In this document: positions 40,232-55,262 of the stretch, one piece after another | Layout: each line of letters begins with the position of its first letter | How positions within the stretch are numbered: the first letter of the stretch is position 1 | NCBI GenBank assembly: GCA_964016885.1 | Contig: OZ024746.1 | Coordinates: forward strand, 50,654,001-50,718,000 | Origin: Eledone cirrhosa | Taxonomy: Eukaryota | Direction of reading: 5' to 3' | Length of the DNA: 64,000 nucleotides | Position numbers and translations under genes: made by a program | The notes under the pieces: generated by a model | The model's input: only the letters and a program-made list of their open reading frames with translations | The model's database searches: none | What the model was told of the DNA's origin: nothing

Positions 40232-40461
40232 GAAACCTGTTGATAACGTGGGTCCGCGGTTCGGTCTTCAAATACCACAAACTTGCATATTGCGCAAGTA
40301 GGATTGTAGAGATTGTATTCATAGAAGCCTATCGGAGGTATTGCATAATACCCTTCGATACGGTTCAGGTTTGTTATCTAACCTGATTGTATTTTCGTTG
40401 CTTTGGTGTATTATGTGGCTAGGCCTCATGCCACAGTTCTCAATTTGTCACGCTATCTACA

Positions 40462-42300
<1,839 letters not shown>

Positions 42301-42437
42301 CACTCGATAAGGATGTATCGATAAATCGAAAGGGTGTACCTTAGAGTAATTAACATAAGTGAATTAACATCAATGAAGATGATATATATAATTCAAAATA
42401 TTAACAAATGAAGATATTCACATAATCAAAATATATG

Positions 42438-42502
42438 CTTTATTATATATATTTCGAAGGTACTGTGCTGTTTTTTTTCCAGTATGTCCTCGTCAGATAA
42501 AA
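42438..42502 (-). ncRNA. Type I hammerhead ribozyme
   Basis: ttttat-CTGACGA-ggacatactg...cagtaccttc-GAAAT-ATAT-ATA-ataaag. Confidence 0.7.
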
Positions 42503-42983
42503 TATATGATTTGTTATATGACATACCTCTACGGTCTTGATATTTCAATTCCAGTATTGGCAGTGATTTATTTAATCAAATCTCAACATTTATATACGAC
42601 AAATAATAATATGATAAACTTAAAGAAGAAAAGGACTTAGAGCGATTTGGAGATATAAGAGAGGATGTAAGGTAGAGGTTCTATGTTATATAGTATGCAT
42701 ATATGTATTATATATATTATATATATATAAATACACATGTATATATATATATATACGATATATATATATATAAAACGAAGGAAGTGTATATATATATATA
42801 TATATTGGTAAACGGAATAGAAAATGCTGACAAATTGCTCACAGTTGAAAAATGGTTTAATTAGGAATAAAAGGGTATTAGTGATTGTATGGATTAGTAT
42901 TCAGTGGTGGTTTTAAGTTTTTAAGTTTTTACCGGTTGCGCATTTCTAAATGCTTTTCAAAAATAATTTTGAGATAGAGTGTC

Positions 42984-43067
<84 letters not shown>

Positions 43068-43070
<3 letters not shown>

Positions 43071-43174
43071 AACAAGACCCCGACGTCTGAGCTCAAGCTG
43101 TTTCGACGGCTAATTCTGGACAGAATTAGCCGTCGAAACGGCTTGAGCTCAGCCGTCGGGGTCTTACTTGTTCC
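43068..43174. repeat. Fold-back of the 3' half of an HHR (family of 49584)
   Basis: gaccccgacgtctgagctcaagctgtttcgacggctaattctg-ga-cagaattagccgtcgaaacggcttgagctcagccgtcggggtc. A similar fold-back lies at 50180-50290. Confidence 0.85.
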
Positions 43175-43269
43175 TATTACCCACTCTACTACCCTAAGTA
43201 TTGAGTACTTTGGTGCGTTATGGTCCACCTAGTTCCTTACCACATTTCCTTCGTTATATATATATATAT

Positions 43270-43798
43270 AATGGATACAGTTTAGTTAAAAGGAATTTAT
43301 TGACACGTGTTTCTATAACAGTTACATAACCTGAAAACAGCTGCTATCTACAAAGTATTAGTTATGCAGACATTCAATATTTCAATGTTATTATCAACTG
43401 TCATTTCATCGGAATAATTTTACTGAGGACCTGTTTGGTTTTTATAGAGAATATTAGGAGGGAGGGATGAAGTTGTTAGAAGAATAGTTGAGGGAGTGGT
43501 TTTTTGATAGCAGTGAGAATTTTTGGTGGCAGTGAGCAATTAGATTCCCATCTGTTGTTTTGACATTTTTATAGAATATATTATTGGTTATTTTTCTAAA
43601 TCTATAGAAGTGTGTCTATATGGTGTCTATATGGTATGAAATGTGTGTCTATATGGTATGAAATGACAGTTGATAATAACATTGAAATATTGAATGTCTG
43701 CATAACTAATACTTTGTAGATAGCAGCTGTTTTCAGGTTATGTAACTGTTATAGAAACACGTGTCAATAAATTCCTTTTAACTAAACTGTATCCATTA
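43270..43798. repeat. Inverted repeat with 140-bp arms
   Basis: 43270-43409 is the reverse complement of 43658-43798. Confidence 0.92.
43294..43419 (-). ncRNA. Type I hammerhead, CCGAUGA core variant, 92-nt stem II
   Basis: aattatt-CCGATGA-aatgacagttga...taactgttata-GAAAC-ACGT-GTC-aataaatt. Confidence 0.7.
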
Positions 43799-43939
43799 AA
43801 ATCCTTCTATTTTTCTCCGGATTACTTTTGGAACTACAACTGGAACCGTCGAGCAAACTCTACGTGAGCTGTCCATCTACTGTGTGTAATATTTATATTA
43901 CAACACTACGGAAAATACTGTATATATATATATATATAT

Positions 43940-46900
43940 TTATTAAAATAACAGATTAAAGTTTAAGCAAAGAATCGCTGCTTTCACCCTTAACGGGATC
44001 TTGTGAAACTAACAAAGTCAATCTGTGAACGCAGAAGTGAATATTTTAAAAAACGTTGCAACCGGAGGAAGACAGGAAGACGATAGTTTGTTTCGTGGAA
44101 ACGTTCGCTGGCAAAGAACGGGAAAAAAATGAATATAATACGTCATTATTTGGAGCAGTGAAAAACAATTACACGCAAAGACAAAACCACGTTTATGGTA
44201 TAAAAGAAGTCGTAGACTAATATTCTCTTAGGTGGTTCATAGAGACGTTCTCTGGCAATGAACGGAAAAAACGAAGATAATACGTCATATGTGGAACGTG
44301 GAGAACAATTGCACGCAAATACAAAACCACGTAAATGGTATAACTGAAGTCGTTGGCGTGTCTTTTATTTCGATAATCAGCGAAAAGCAGACAACAAACA
44401 GGATAAATTTTGGTTTAAAACCTATAATAACCCTCCGTGTAACCCAGCATTGCTACCCTTCGAAATTGATGTCTTGGAACTCATACGGAGTATCAAATTT
44501 CGGAATAGGAGCAATTCCTTCCAGCAGGACCTGAAGAATAGAATTCGTTCTATTAAGGATTCTAATGCCGTACACGTCCATTCCGACAAAACTGGCAACC
44601 TATATCAAGTGGAGCGCAGTACTTACCATCAACTACTACATAATGCTGTAACTAAGGATTACCGTAAAACTAATCGGTGCGTCATTAATGAAATCAACAA
44701 TTCTGGGTTTAAAATCACCTCTGATCTCAACATCCTGGACCGGACCGAACCTCTGGACTCTATTTCTCTCCACTTTACCCTGAAGGATCACAAATCCAAT
44801 TTTCCGAACAACCCTTGTATTCAGCTTATTAACCCTACGAAGTCCGATTGAGGTAGACTTAGTAAAAGGATTCTTGATAGAATTATACCTGAAATTAGAA
44901 GTTTGGCCCCTCTTGCACTGTGGTACAATTCTTTCGCGGTGATTGATTGGTTCAACGGCATATGCAACAAGAAACATTGCCGTTTTATCCAATTCGACAT
45001 CAATAATTACTACTCCTCCATCACTTTACCACTTCTCCTTAGAGCTATCAATTTCGCTAAAACACTCACAGTGGTTAGGGATTTCGAAGTTGATGTCATC
45101 CTCAATGCCCGTAAGTCGGTGATTAATTTCGACGAATCTATTTGGATTAAAAAATCTAATAGTACCCCATTCGACGTGAGTATGGGCGCCAGCGATTCTG
45201 CGGAGGTTATTGATCTTTTTGGCTTTTTCCTTCTTTTCTCTATCAAGGACGAATTCGCCAATGTGGGTGGTGGTTTGTACCGTGATGATGGTCTTTTGAC
45301 CATGACTAAGTGCGGCCCACGTGCTTGCGACAGGTTCAGAAAAGAACTCACAGCCTTATTTAAAGGCTTCAACCTCTCTATACAGGTTGAGGCCAACCTC
45401 TCGGTCGTTAATTACCTCGACGTTACCCTCAATTTATCGAATGGCTTGTATTACCCGTATAGAAAGCCGAATGATTCGCTTAATTACATAAGTAATCATT
45501 CTAACCATCCTGCCAGCATAACCAAGAAGCTGGTAAGAAACGTTGCTTTGAAGCTTTCCCGTCTATCTACTAACGAGCATATTTTCAACGACCATTCCAC
45601 AATGAAGCTCTTGCTCGGAGTGGATTTGTCGATAAGGTAGCATATACAGAGTACGAGAATAGACCTAGAAGAAATAGATCCCGACGCATTGTATGGTATA
45701 ACCCACCATATAATATGGAGGTGGCCACACCATTAGCTAAGATCTTTCTATCCCTTATTACGAAGCATTTCCCCCTACACATAAATATAGTAACATTTTT
45801 AATAGAAATACTATTAAAATTTCTTACTCTACGACTCCTAACCTTGCACATAACATCACAGCTTCAAATTTAACTAAACTACCTAGCCGTAGGAACACAT
45901 TTAACCCTGTAGTTAGTACTAACTGTAATTGTAGGAATCGGGTTGATTGCCCCCTGTCCAGGAAATGCCTCTCTAGTAACATTGTCTACAAATGTAAGGT
46001 TGAAACACCCACGTCCCGTAGGGACTACATAGGGTTAACCGCTAATAGATTCAGGCAGCGTCTTTACATGCATACCCATTCTTTTCGTTACCCTCTAAGA
46101 AGGAATATGACGTCACTTTCAGCTTATATCTGGAGTCTAAAAGACAACCACACCCAATATAAGTTACACTGGGAGATCCTAGCTAGGGCTAGATCGTATA
46201 ACGGAAATAAAAGACCATGTGACCTCTGCGCCCTGGAAATACTCTACGCCACTGACCACATCTTAAACAAAAAATCTGAGGCAATTTCGGCTTGTAAACA
46301 TAAATTGCACAACACGTTCCTGTATTACAGCCCCACATTATACCCTAACGGATAGTACGATCTATACGCGGATATTTTACGTCTTGATGTGGTAGCTAAG
46401 TATATGTTATGTTTATACCATTACTTATTTGTATAGGTAAGCATATATTGTATGTTTTGTGAAGGTACGTATACTTTCTCGTACGTATATTTGATTGTAT
46501 ATGTTATGGCGTATATTTTATATATTCTGGTACATATGCTTTTGGTTATGTGTATACGTGAGTTTTGCGACTGTGTGAGTATGCGGGTTCGTACGTATGT
46601 AGGGTGTGTGTATATGTGTACTTCGTGTTTTGGTTGACGTGCGTATCCGAACATATGTGTATTTACATGTAGGTATGTGTGTGCGCTTGCTATATACGTA
46701 TTTATTTATTTATATACGTTTATTTAATTATTTGTATACACACACACACACATATTTATATGTGTGTGTATTTGTATACCTATGGCGTGTGTTTGCGCGT
46801 ATGCTTGTGTATGTACGTATTTGGATGCGTGTATGTATTTATTTAATTTCAATTACCCCTGTATTTTATTTACTTTATTCTTAACTATGAAGCCGAGAAT

Positions 46901-47445
46901 CATTCGGTTTCCTAGTTAGAATTTTAGTCTACGACTTCAGTTATACCATTTACGTGGTTTTGTCTTTGCGTGCAATTGTTCTCCACGCTACACATTTGAC
47001 GTATTATCTTCGTGTTTTCCGTTCATTGCCAGAGAACGTCTCTATGAACCACCGAAGAGAATATTAGTCTACGACTTCTTTTATACCATAAACGTGGTTT
47101 TGTCTTTGCGTGTAATTGTTTTTCACCGCTCTAAATAATGACGTATTATATTCATTTTTTCCCGTTCTTTGCAATGGAACGTTTCCACGAACCAAACTAT
47201 CGTCTTCCTGTCTTCCTCCGGTTGCAACGTTTTTTGAAATATTCACTTCTGCGTTCACAGATTGACTTTGTTAGTTTCAGAAGATCCCGTTAAGGGTGAA
47301 AGCTGCGATTCTTTGCTTAAACTTTAATCTGTTATTTTAATAAATATTTGCTCTACGGTTCTTATATATTCTTATATATTTGATATATATTTATCCTTAT
47401 CGAGCGATCTTTGGATTTTAGTCTTCAAATTTATTATTATTACTA
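43940..47445 (+). mobile_element. PLE-3: Penelope-like element with inverted 5' terminal repeat (43940-44353), ORF remnant and 3' terminal repeat (46920-47445) ending in (TA)n
   Basis: 43940-44353 is the reverse complement of 46928-47347. The terminal repeat has an internal ~140 bp duplication and a degenerate HHR (CAGAAGA-TCCCgttaaGGGT-GAAAG). Confidence 0.92.
44351..46355 (+). pseudogene. PLE-3 RT + GIY-YIG ORF, near full length, with one TGA and frameshifts
   Basis: SDKTGNLY, LKDHK, FIQFDINNYY, FDVSMGASDSAE, GGLYRDD, NYLDVTL, IVWYNPPY, CNCRNRVDC, IVYKC..DYIG, CDLC, LNKKSE. Confidence 0.93.
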
Positions 47446-47461
47446 TATATATATATATATT

Positions 47462-48484
47462 CTAGGGAGGGTAAAATTCCCGAGATCCTTGGACGAGTTC
47501 TCTCCAGCGGTCTCTGTCCTTCGTTATCGCTGCCATGTCCTGCGTCTCCAACAGACCAGTATCTATCCTTAGGGCATCAACATACGTTAACCTTGGTCTT
47601 CCTCTTCCAGTGTGTTCATGTAGGGGTTCCCACAGGAGCACTGAGTGCAATGTCAACTCTGGATGTCGGTGAGCATATCCAGCTAACCTCAGTCTCCTCT
47701 GTCTCACTTTTGAGCTGACTTTTGGGAGGCTCCCATACAGCTCTGAGTTTTTCATCCTCAGTGTATACTGATTAATGTTCAGAGCCATCCTCAGCATTCT
47801 CGTGTAGCACCCATCCACCGTCTGAGTGAGTTTCTTGGTCAGTGTCCAAGTCTCAGACCCGTACAGCAGCACAGACTCCACTACAGCAATGAAGAGGCGG
47901 ATTTTCAGGTCTTTACGAAGGTCCGACTTCCACACCGATCTCAAGCTGTGGCACGCCACCCAGGCTTTGCTCTTTCTCTCAACTACATCATCATCCGTAT
48001 TCCCATTCTTTGCTCCCAAATACAGGAAGTCCTCAACCAATTCTAGCGGCTTCCCGCCTACATTAGTGATCCTCTCTGGCTTCTCAACATTCTCTACCAG
48101 ATATTTTGTTTTAGTCTCATTCATTCTCAGCCCCACACTCATCGACACAATCTCAGCCTCTTGCATTAAATCCTCTTCCTCCTTCACTGTATTTGTCACC
48201 AAAACTATGTCGTCGGCAAATTCAGCATCCGATACCTTTTTCGCCTTAACTCTCCTGCTCTGAGCCGGTGCTACAGTAAAGCCAGAGTCCTGGTGTTTCT
48301 CCAGTGCAAGGCGCATACAATAGCCCAGTACGATGATAAAAAAGTAGGGAGCCAATGTATCTCCCTGGAGCACTCCAGCCAGTATCTCAAAGAACTCTGT
48401 CATCCCATCAGGTGTAATGACTTGGGCTTTGGTGTTGGTGTAGAGCAGTGATATCAGGTCCACTATCTTCTTGGGGATTCCATA

Positions 48485-48487
<3 letters not shown>
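47462..48487 (-). mobile_element. 5'-truncated RTE-clade LINE with uninterrupted RT/C-terminal ORF, TA runs at both ends
   Basis: GVLQGDTLAP, FADD, FLYLG, LLYGSETW, RRLRLAG, GRGRP, DRDRWR. The stop codon directly abuts (TA)n. Confidence 0.95.
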
Positions 48488-48580
<93 letters not shown>

Positions 48581-48583
<3 letters not shown>

Positions 48584-49195
48584 ATAATAATAAATTTGAA
48601 GACTAAAATCCAAAGAGGGCTCGATAAGGATAAATATATATCAAATATATAAGAACCGTAGAGCAAATATTTATTAAAATAACAGATTAAAGTTTAAGCA
48701 AAGAATCGCTGCTTTCACCCTTAACGGGATCTTCTGAAACTAACAAAGTCAATCTGTAAACGCAGAAGTGGATATTTCAAAAAACGTTGCAACCGGAGGA
48801 AGACAGGAAGACGATACTTTGGTTCGTGGAAACGTTCGCTGGCAAAGAACGGGAAAAACGAATATAATACGTCATTAATAGGAGCGGTGAAAAACAATTA
48901 CGCGTAAAGACAGAACCTCGTATATGGTATAAAAGAGGTCGTAGACTAATGTTCTCTTAGGTGGTTCATAGAGACGTTCTCTGGCAATGAACGAAAAAAA
49001 CGAAGATAATACGTCAAATGTGCAGCGTGGAGAACAATAGCAAAGTATCGTCTTCCTGTCTTCCTCCGGTTGCAACGTTTTTTGAAATATCCACTTCTGC
49101 GTTTACAGATTGACTTTGTTAGTTTCCGAAGATCCCGTTAACGGTGAAAGCAGCGATTCTTTGCTTAAACTTTAATCTGTTATTTTAATAAATAT
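48581..49195. repeat. Extra PLE-3 terminal repeat copies (inverted 48581-49043, direct 49044-49195), with another at 53571-53725
   Basis: Sequence identity to 46920-47445. Confidence 0.9.
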
Positions 49196-49583
49196 AAATA
49201 TATATATATAAATATATATCGTTTCTGAATTTGTTTAGCAAGATTCTTTATCTGAAAACGTATGTTGAAACCGATATTGTTATACTTTGGGAGGGTCATG
49301 TTGCCAATCAGAAACACACGCACCAGTTGCTTTCACTTCAATTTATTATAATAAATTTATAAATTTAGGAATTTATAAATTTCCGGTTGGTTGGTTGGTT
49401 CCACAACCAGATGGTTGTTTATATATTGTCAAAGTTCTTTCGTCACACATTCTGTGACCTCTTCAGTGACTGGGGATTCTTTTCTTTGTTTTTTTGTGCC
49501 TCTCCTTTGTTCTGTCCTACGCCACAAGATGGCGTCGGACAGAACAAATCCTTGTGACAATCACTTTTACCATATATGGAATT

Positions 49584-49679
49584 ACCCCCTGAAAAGCTCG
49601 GCTATTCATATACCAGGATAAAAATGTTCATTTAGTCCAGAATCAGCCGTCGAAACGGCTTGAGCTCAGCCGTCGGGGT
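49584..49679 (+). ncRNA. Type I hammerhead with long stem III, CUGAAAA core
   Basis: acccc-CTGAAAA-gctcggctattc...gaatcagccgtc-GAAAC-ggcttgagctcagcc-GTC-ggggt. Confidence 0.72.
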
Positions 49680-49689
49680 CCTACTCGTT

Positions 49690-49751
<62 letters not shown>

Positions 49752-50592
49752 TATTTATATATATACCTTTGCCTTTCATCATTCTAAGTTCCATAGAATA
49801 AAGAACCAGTTAAGTACTGCTGGCTTGTTATTTAAATTAGAAACCATTATTGTACCCATTCAAAAAGCATTTGACAGCGTTCACAGGGTGTCGCTGTGTA
49901 GTGGGAATTTGGACAGTGTATATATGCTGTGTAAGAGTGACGTGAATGCAGACGATATTAGAGTAGAGAGAGTGAGGTTAATGTGTTGGTGGTACCGATA
50001 GTGGTGTGCCGGTTTAGTCGCCGACGACCCCACTATACACACACACACACACACATACACACACACACACACACATATATATATACATATAACAAAGAGG
50101 GTGTGGTAAGATACTAGGTGGACCATAACGCACCAGAGTAGTCAATACTTGGGGTAGTAGAGTGGGTAATAAGAAAAGAATCTGGACGCGACGGCTGAGC
50201 TCCGGCCGTTTCGACAGCTAAGGCCACCAGACTGGTGGCTTAGTTCGGATCTAGCTGTCGAAACGGAACTCAGCCGTCGGGGTCCTGATTCTTTACCTAT
50301 ATATACACATATATATATATCAAAGGTATATATTGAGTTAGAAACTCAAAATAGTCTCTTACAATAAATTAGCTCTAGGAAAGAGATGTTTCCGAGCCGT
50401 ATAACTGAACAAAAAAAGGAAAACGAACACAGTCATATACATATATGTGTTCAAATCGTAAGGGAACAGATTCGCTAAGGTGAAGAGAATACTAACTATA
50501 GACAATAGGGTTTGCCAGACTCAATTTAAGAATAAATCAAGAAAATAAATACAAACCAGATATATATATATACAAATACTAACATATATATA

Positions 50593-50632
<40 letters not shown>

Positions 50633-51031
50633 TTGCAAACTCTCCTATGAGTACTGCAATCGCTTGTCAGATTATAGAGTTTGGTACACTTTTAGGCTAC
50701 GGCCAGCCAAACCAACGTGTAACATATCCTGAATAAGCAATGTTTTAAGTGGGGAAAATCCTTGCACTTCACCAATCCCACTCTATGAGCATAGAAAACA
50801 CTACCCGAAAAGCGAACTGGTCAACATCATGAGATGCTTCCGAAGCCGCAGGTTTTTTTTCCCGAGTTTCTCTCTTCTAGAAAGGTGTTGTGGCAACAAT
50901 TGGGGGCCTTTCACTGCCAGGTGAAGAAAAAGGACTATTTGTTGGCTCTGTTGAGTTCCCCCACCTTTTGCCAGGTCTTGTATTTCATCCCAAGCTTGGT
51001 GGGGTCCGGGTTTAGTCGCCGAGGACCCCAC

Positions 51032-51138
<107 letters not shown>

Positions 51139-51491
51139 CACATATATATATATATATTTACATATAGGGTTTCCATAAGGTCCGTGTGCAATTCAAAGTA
51201 CTTGTAGCTGTTTAACTAGACTTGATAGAAACAATCTATAAAAAGGATGAAAAAGCTTGATGTACAATAGGTTTGCAAACATCACGGGCGCTCTATCTCA
51301 AAATTATTTTTGAAAAGCATTAGAAATGCACAACCGGTAAAAACTTAAAACTAGAACTGAATATTAACCAATACTTATTATTAATTTTTACTTATTCCTA
51401 ATTAAACTATTTTTCACTGGGAACAATTTGTCAGCATTTTCTTTTCCTTTTACCAATATATCACAACTCGTGTGTTACACCTCTATTCTTT

Positions 51492-51526
<35 letters not shown>

Positions 51527-51660
51527 CGAAGGAGTTGTGGTAAGGAACCAGATGGACCATAACGCACCAGAGTACTCAATACTTAGGGTAGTAGAGTGGG
51601 TAATAGGAGAAAGTATGACCTCGACGGCAGAGCTCAAGCCGTTTCGACAGCTATTTCTGG

Positions 51661-53179
51661 AGATAATTATAAAGAGATAATTATAAAGAATTAGTATATC
51701 TACTAACATATATATACAGATGCATACCTATTTGCCACCGACGCAGTAGGCAGTGATTTTTTCAATGGCTTGGAACTTAGTCCATGCTTTTTTCCATCCA
51801 CTGAATTATTTTTGTATAAGTTCCCTGTGTCCACGTATTGCCTGAAAACTTAGCATAGAGAATAGACTTCCCTGATGACGAAAGGCTTCTCCGTACGTTT
51901 CTACGGAAACTATGTTTATTCCCTTTCAGAAACTAATAAGTTGGAGTGAAATTTTAGTAAGTAAGTTAATTTTTATAATTTTCTTATTTTACGTCTCTCA
52001 TATTATTGTTCTGCATCCCCATGCATTGAACCACAAAGTTACTAAGACAAAACCTATATATTTGCTGGCATAGGTATGCATCTGTATATATATGTTAGTA
52101 GATATACTAATTCTTTATAATTATCTCCAAATTATTTTGTCGAGCAAAAATTGGCCAAAACTGCTGCTATAGTTCATAGTAACAGTTCGGCTGCTGTCTT
52201 CTTAACAAACCACTCTTCACTGATTGACCTCGATGTCACGTGATTGATTCTTTTGAATTTGCCACCGACGCAGTAGGCAGTGATTTTTTCAATGGCTTGG
52301 AACTTAGTCCACGCTTTGCTTTTTTCCATCCACTGAATTATTTTTGTATAAGTTCCCTGTGTCCACGTATTGCTTGGAAACTTAGCAGAGAATAGACTTC
52401 CGTGATGACGAAAGGCTTCTCTGTACGTTTCTTCGGAAACTATGTTTATTCCCTTTCAGAAAGTAATTAGTTGGAGTGAAATTTTAGTAAGTAAGTTAAT
52501 TTTTATAATTTTCTTATTTTACGTCTCTCATATTATTGTTCTGCATACCCATGCCACAAGTTACTAAGACAAAGTTACTAAGACAAAACCTATATATTTG
52601 CTGGCATAGGTATGCATCTGTATATATATGTTAGTAGATATACTAATTCTTTATAATTATCTCTAAATTATTTTGTCGAGCCAAAATTGGCCAAAACTGC
52701 TGCTATAGCTCATAGTAACAGTTCGGCTGCTGTCTTCTTAACAAACCACTCTTCACTGATTGACCTCGATGTCACGTGATTGATTCTTTTGAATTTGCCA
52801 CCGACGCAGTAGGCAGTGATTTTTTCAATGGCTTGGAACTTAGTCCACGCTTTGCTTTTTTCCATCCACTGAATTATTTTTGTATAAGTTCCCTGTGTCC
52901 ACGTATTGCCTGGAAACTTAGCAGAGAATAGACTTCCCTGATTACGAAAGGCTTCTCTGTACGTTTCTTCGGAAACTATGTTTATTCCCTTTCAGAAAGT
53001 AATTAGTTGGAGTGAAATTTTAGTAAGTAAGTTAATTTTTATAATTTTCTTATTTTACGTCTCTCATATTATTGTTCTGCATCCCCATGCATTGAACCAC
53101 AAAGTTACTAAGACAAAACCTATATATTTGCTGGCATAGGTTGTGCATCTGTATATATATGTTAGTAGATATACTAATT

Positions 53180-53183
<4 letters not shown>
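51661..53183 (+). repeat. Tandem array of ~2.7 units of 527-536 bp, each with an HHR-like core, preceded by a short inverted segment
   Basis: gccaccgacgcagtaggc at 51734, 52261 and 52797. CTGATGA...GAAACtatGTT at 51872-51916. 51661-51730 inverts 52071-52126. Confidence 0.9.
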
Positions 53184-53256
<73 letters not shown>

Positions 53257-53529
53257 GAAGTTATATTTAATTTGTTGGGAGACAAGAAGCAAATATTTTT
53301 ATAACTGATATAAAGCACTCAACAAATTTTTGGAGTAAAAATACAATATATTAACAAATGGAAACTATATTTGTAAAACCATATTTATTTCATTATACAT
53401 ATTTCAAGGAACCAAAGCAAATTATAGTGCGCTTTCATCAGATAAAACATAATATAGATCAGTTTTATAAACAAATATTGACATACCCTTAAAGAATGCG
53501 ACCATGTCGGTTGGAAGCTACCGGATAGT

Positions 53530-53573
<44 letters not shown>

Positions 53574-53718
53574 ATAATAATAAATTTGAAGACTAAAATC
53601 CATAGAGGGCTCGATAAGGATAAATATATATCAAATATATAAGAACCGTAGAGCAAATATTTATTAAAATAACAGATTAAAGTTTAAGCAAAGAATCTTT
53701 GCTTAAACTTTAATGTTA

Positions 53719-53755
<37 letters not shown>

Positions 53756-54162
53756 CGCAGCTGCCATGTTTACAGTTAAATAATCCAGGTGTCAGTTAAC
53801 TGCTGTTATATATCTCTCAAGTTTATAATTAAAATTCCACTCTCTATTCCTTATTAGAAAAATCTTAGAAGGGAGACCACCCAGTCACTTACCCCTCACC
53901 AGAAACACCTTCATAAGCATTTGTTTCATATAAGAGTAGGCATGAAGGCTTAGCTAAGGGACTCGCTGACAGCGAGGTGATCTCACGTTCAGTCTCATTG
54001 CGAGGTACCCTGGGATAATATCTGCTACTATATAATATAAAACGAAAAATCAGTGATGCATCTGCGTGTTACAATTGTTTCGCCGGCAGATAGCTCGAGA
54101 CAAGATCATTGTATGGATCTGTCTGATTCTAGATCTTCATCATAGCTACCATTAACCCCCCC

Positions 54163-54204
<42 letters not shown>

Positions 54205-54215
<11 letters not shown>

Positions 54216-54333
54216 CTCTCTCTAGTGTGTTATCCTTTCTACATATAGCATTTTGAAGAGCTCAGGATTCCCTTTCCTTTGAGCACATAATTTACAGGGA
54301 ATAACGAGAGTCTATGGCTCCGTTAATTTATCT

Positions 54334-54397
<64 letters not shown>

Positions 54398-55178
54398 TCC
54401 TATATATATATATACATATAGGACCATAACGCACCAGAGTACTCGATACTATGGGTAGTAGAGTGGGTAAGAGGAAAAGATTTCTGAAATAGCTCTCGAA
54501 ACGGCCGGAGTTCAGCCGTCGGGGTCCTGACTCTTTTCCTATATATATATATATAAAGATAAATTAACGGAGCCATAGACTCTCGTTATTCCCCGTAAAT
54601 TATGTGCTCAAAGGAAAAGGAATCCTGAGCTCTTCAAAATACAATATGTAGAAAGGATAACACACTAGAGAGAGATAAAGTGTGTGTGCCATCAATGAAA
54701 CTGGGAAACCACTAGCGTATGGAATCTATAAACTACGGAAGGTAGGGTAGACACATAATAATTAAAAATATAAATCAAAATATGTATACGCACCTCTTTC
54801 TGTTTGGTTGAGTACGTTTCTTTGAGTGGTTTTGGGCTGCCACTTTTGCAGCTCGTCCCTCAAATACCACTGGTTCACTGTCCTATGCACGCTGTTACAT
54901 CTCTCTGCCGAGTGTTGCAGGACGGTTATCTTATATTTTCTTAGATTTGTCTGGAATGTTGCCTTACACACGCTGATGACCCATTAAGTTTTTAGTGAAA
55001 CACATATCTTTGGATTTGTACGTGTGTGATATATAGTTTTAGAGGTGCGTATACACATTTTGATTTATATTTTTAATTATTATGTGTCTACCCTACCTTC
55101 CGTAGGTTATAGATTAAATACACTAGTGGTTTCCCTGCTTTATTGATGGCACACACACTCTCTCTCTAGTGTGCTATC

Positions 55179-55185
<7 letters not shown>
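54205..55185. repeat. Nested inverted repeats of one TA-bounded family
   Basis: 54205-54334 pairs with 54555-54686, and 54655-54797 pairs with 55041-55185. Confidence 0.85.
54966..55027 (+). ncRNA. Type I hammerhead ribozyme, canonical core
   Basis: acacacg-CTGATGA-cccattaagtttttagt-GAAAC-acatatctttggattt-GTA-cgtgtgt, with a 7-bp stem I. Confidence 0.78.

Positions 55186-55262
<77 letters not shown>

Noticed and set aside
48488-48613. N-terminus [10 protein letters not shown]... of the 383-aa ORF as part of the RTE protein
   Set aside because: It derives from the PLE-3 terminal repeat plus a TA run that happen to be in frame
53420-53452. gttttatCTGATGAAAGCGCACTA (minus strand) as a functional ribozyme
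   Set aside because: Stem II is entirely missing, probably a deletion between GAAA microhomologies in a relative of the 31881 family
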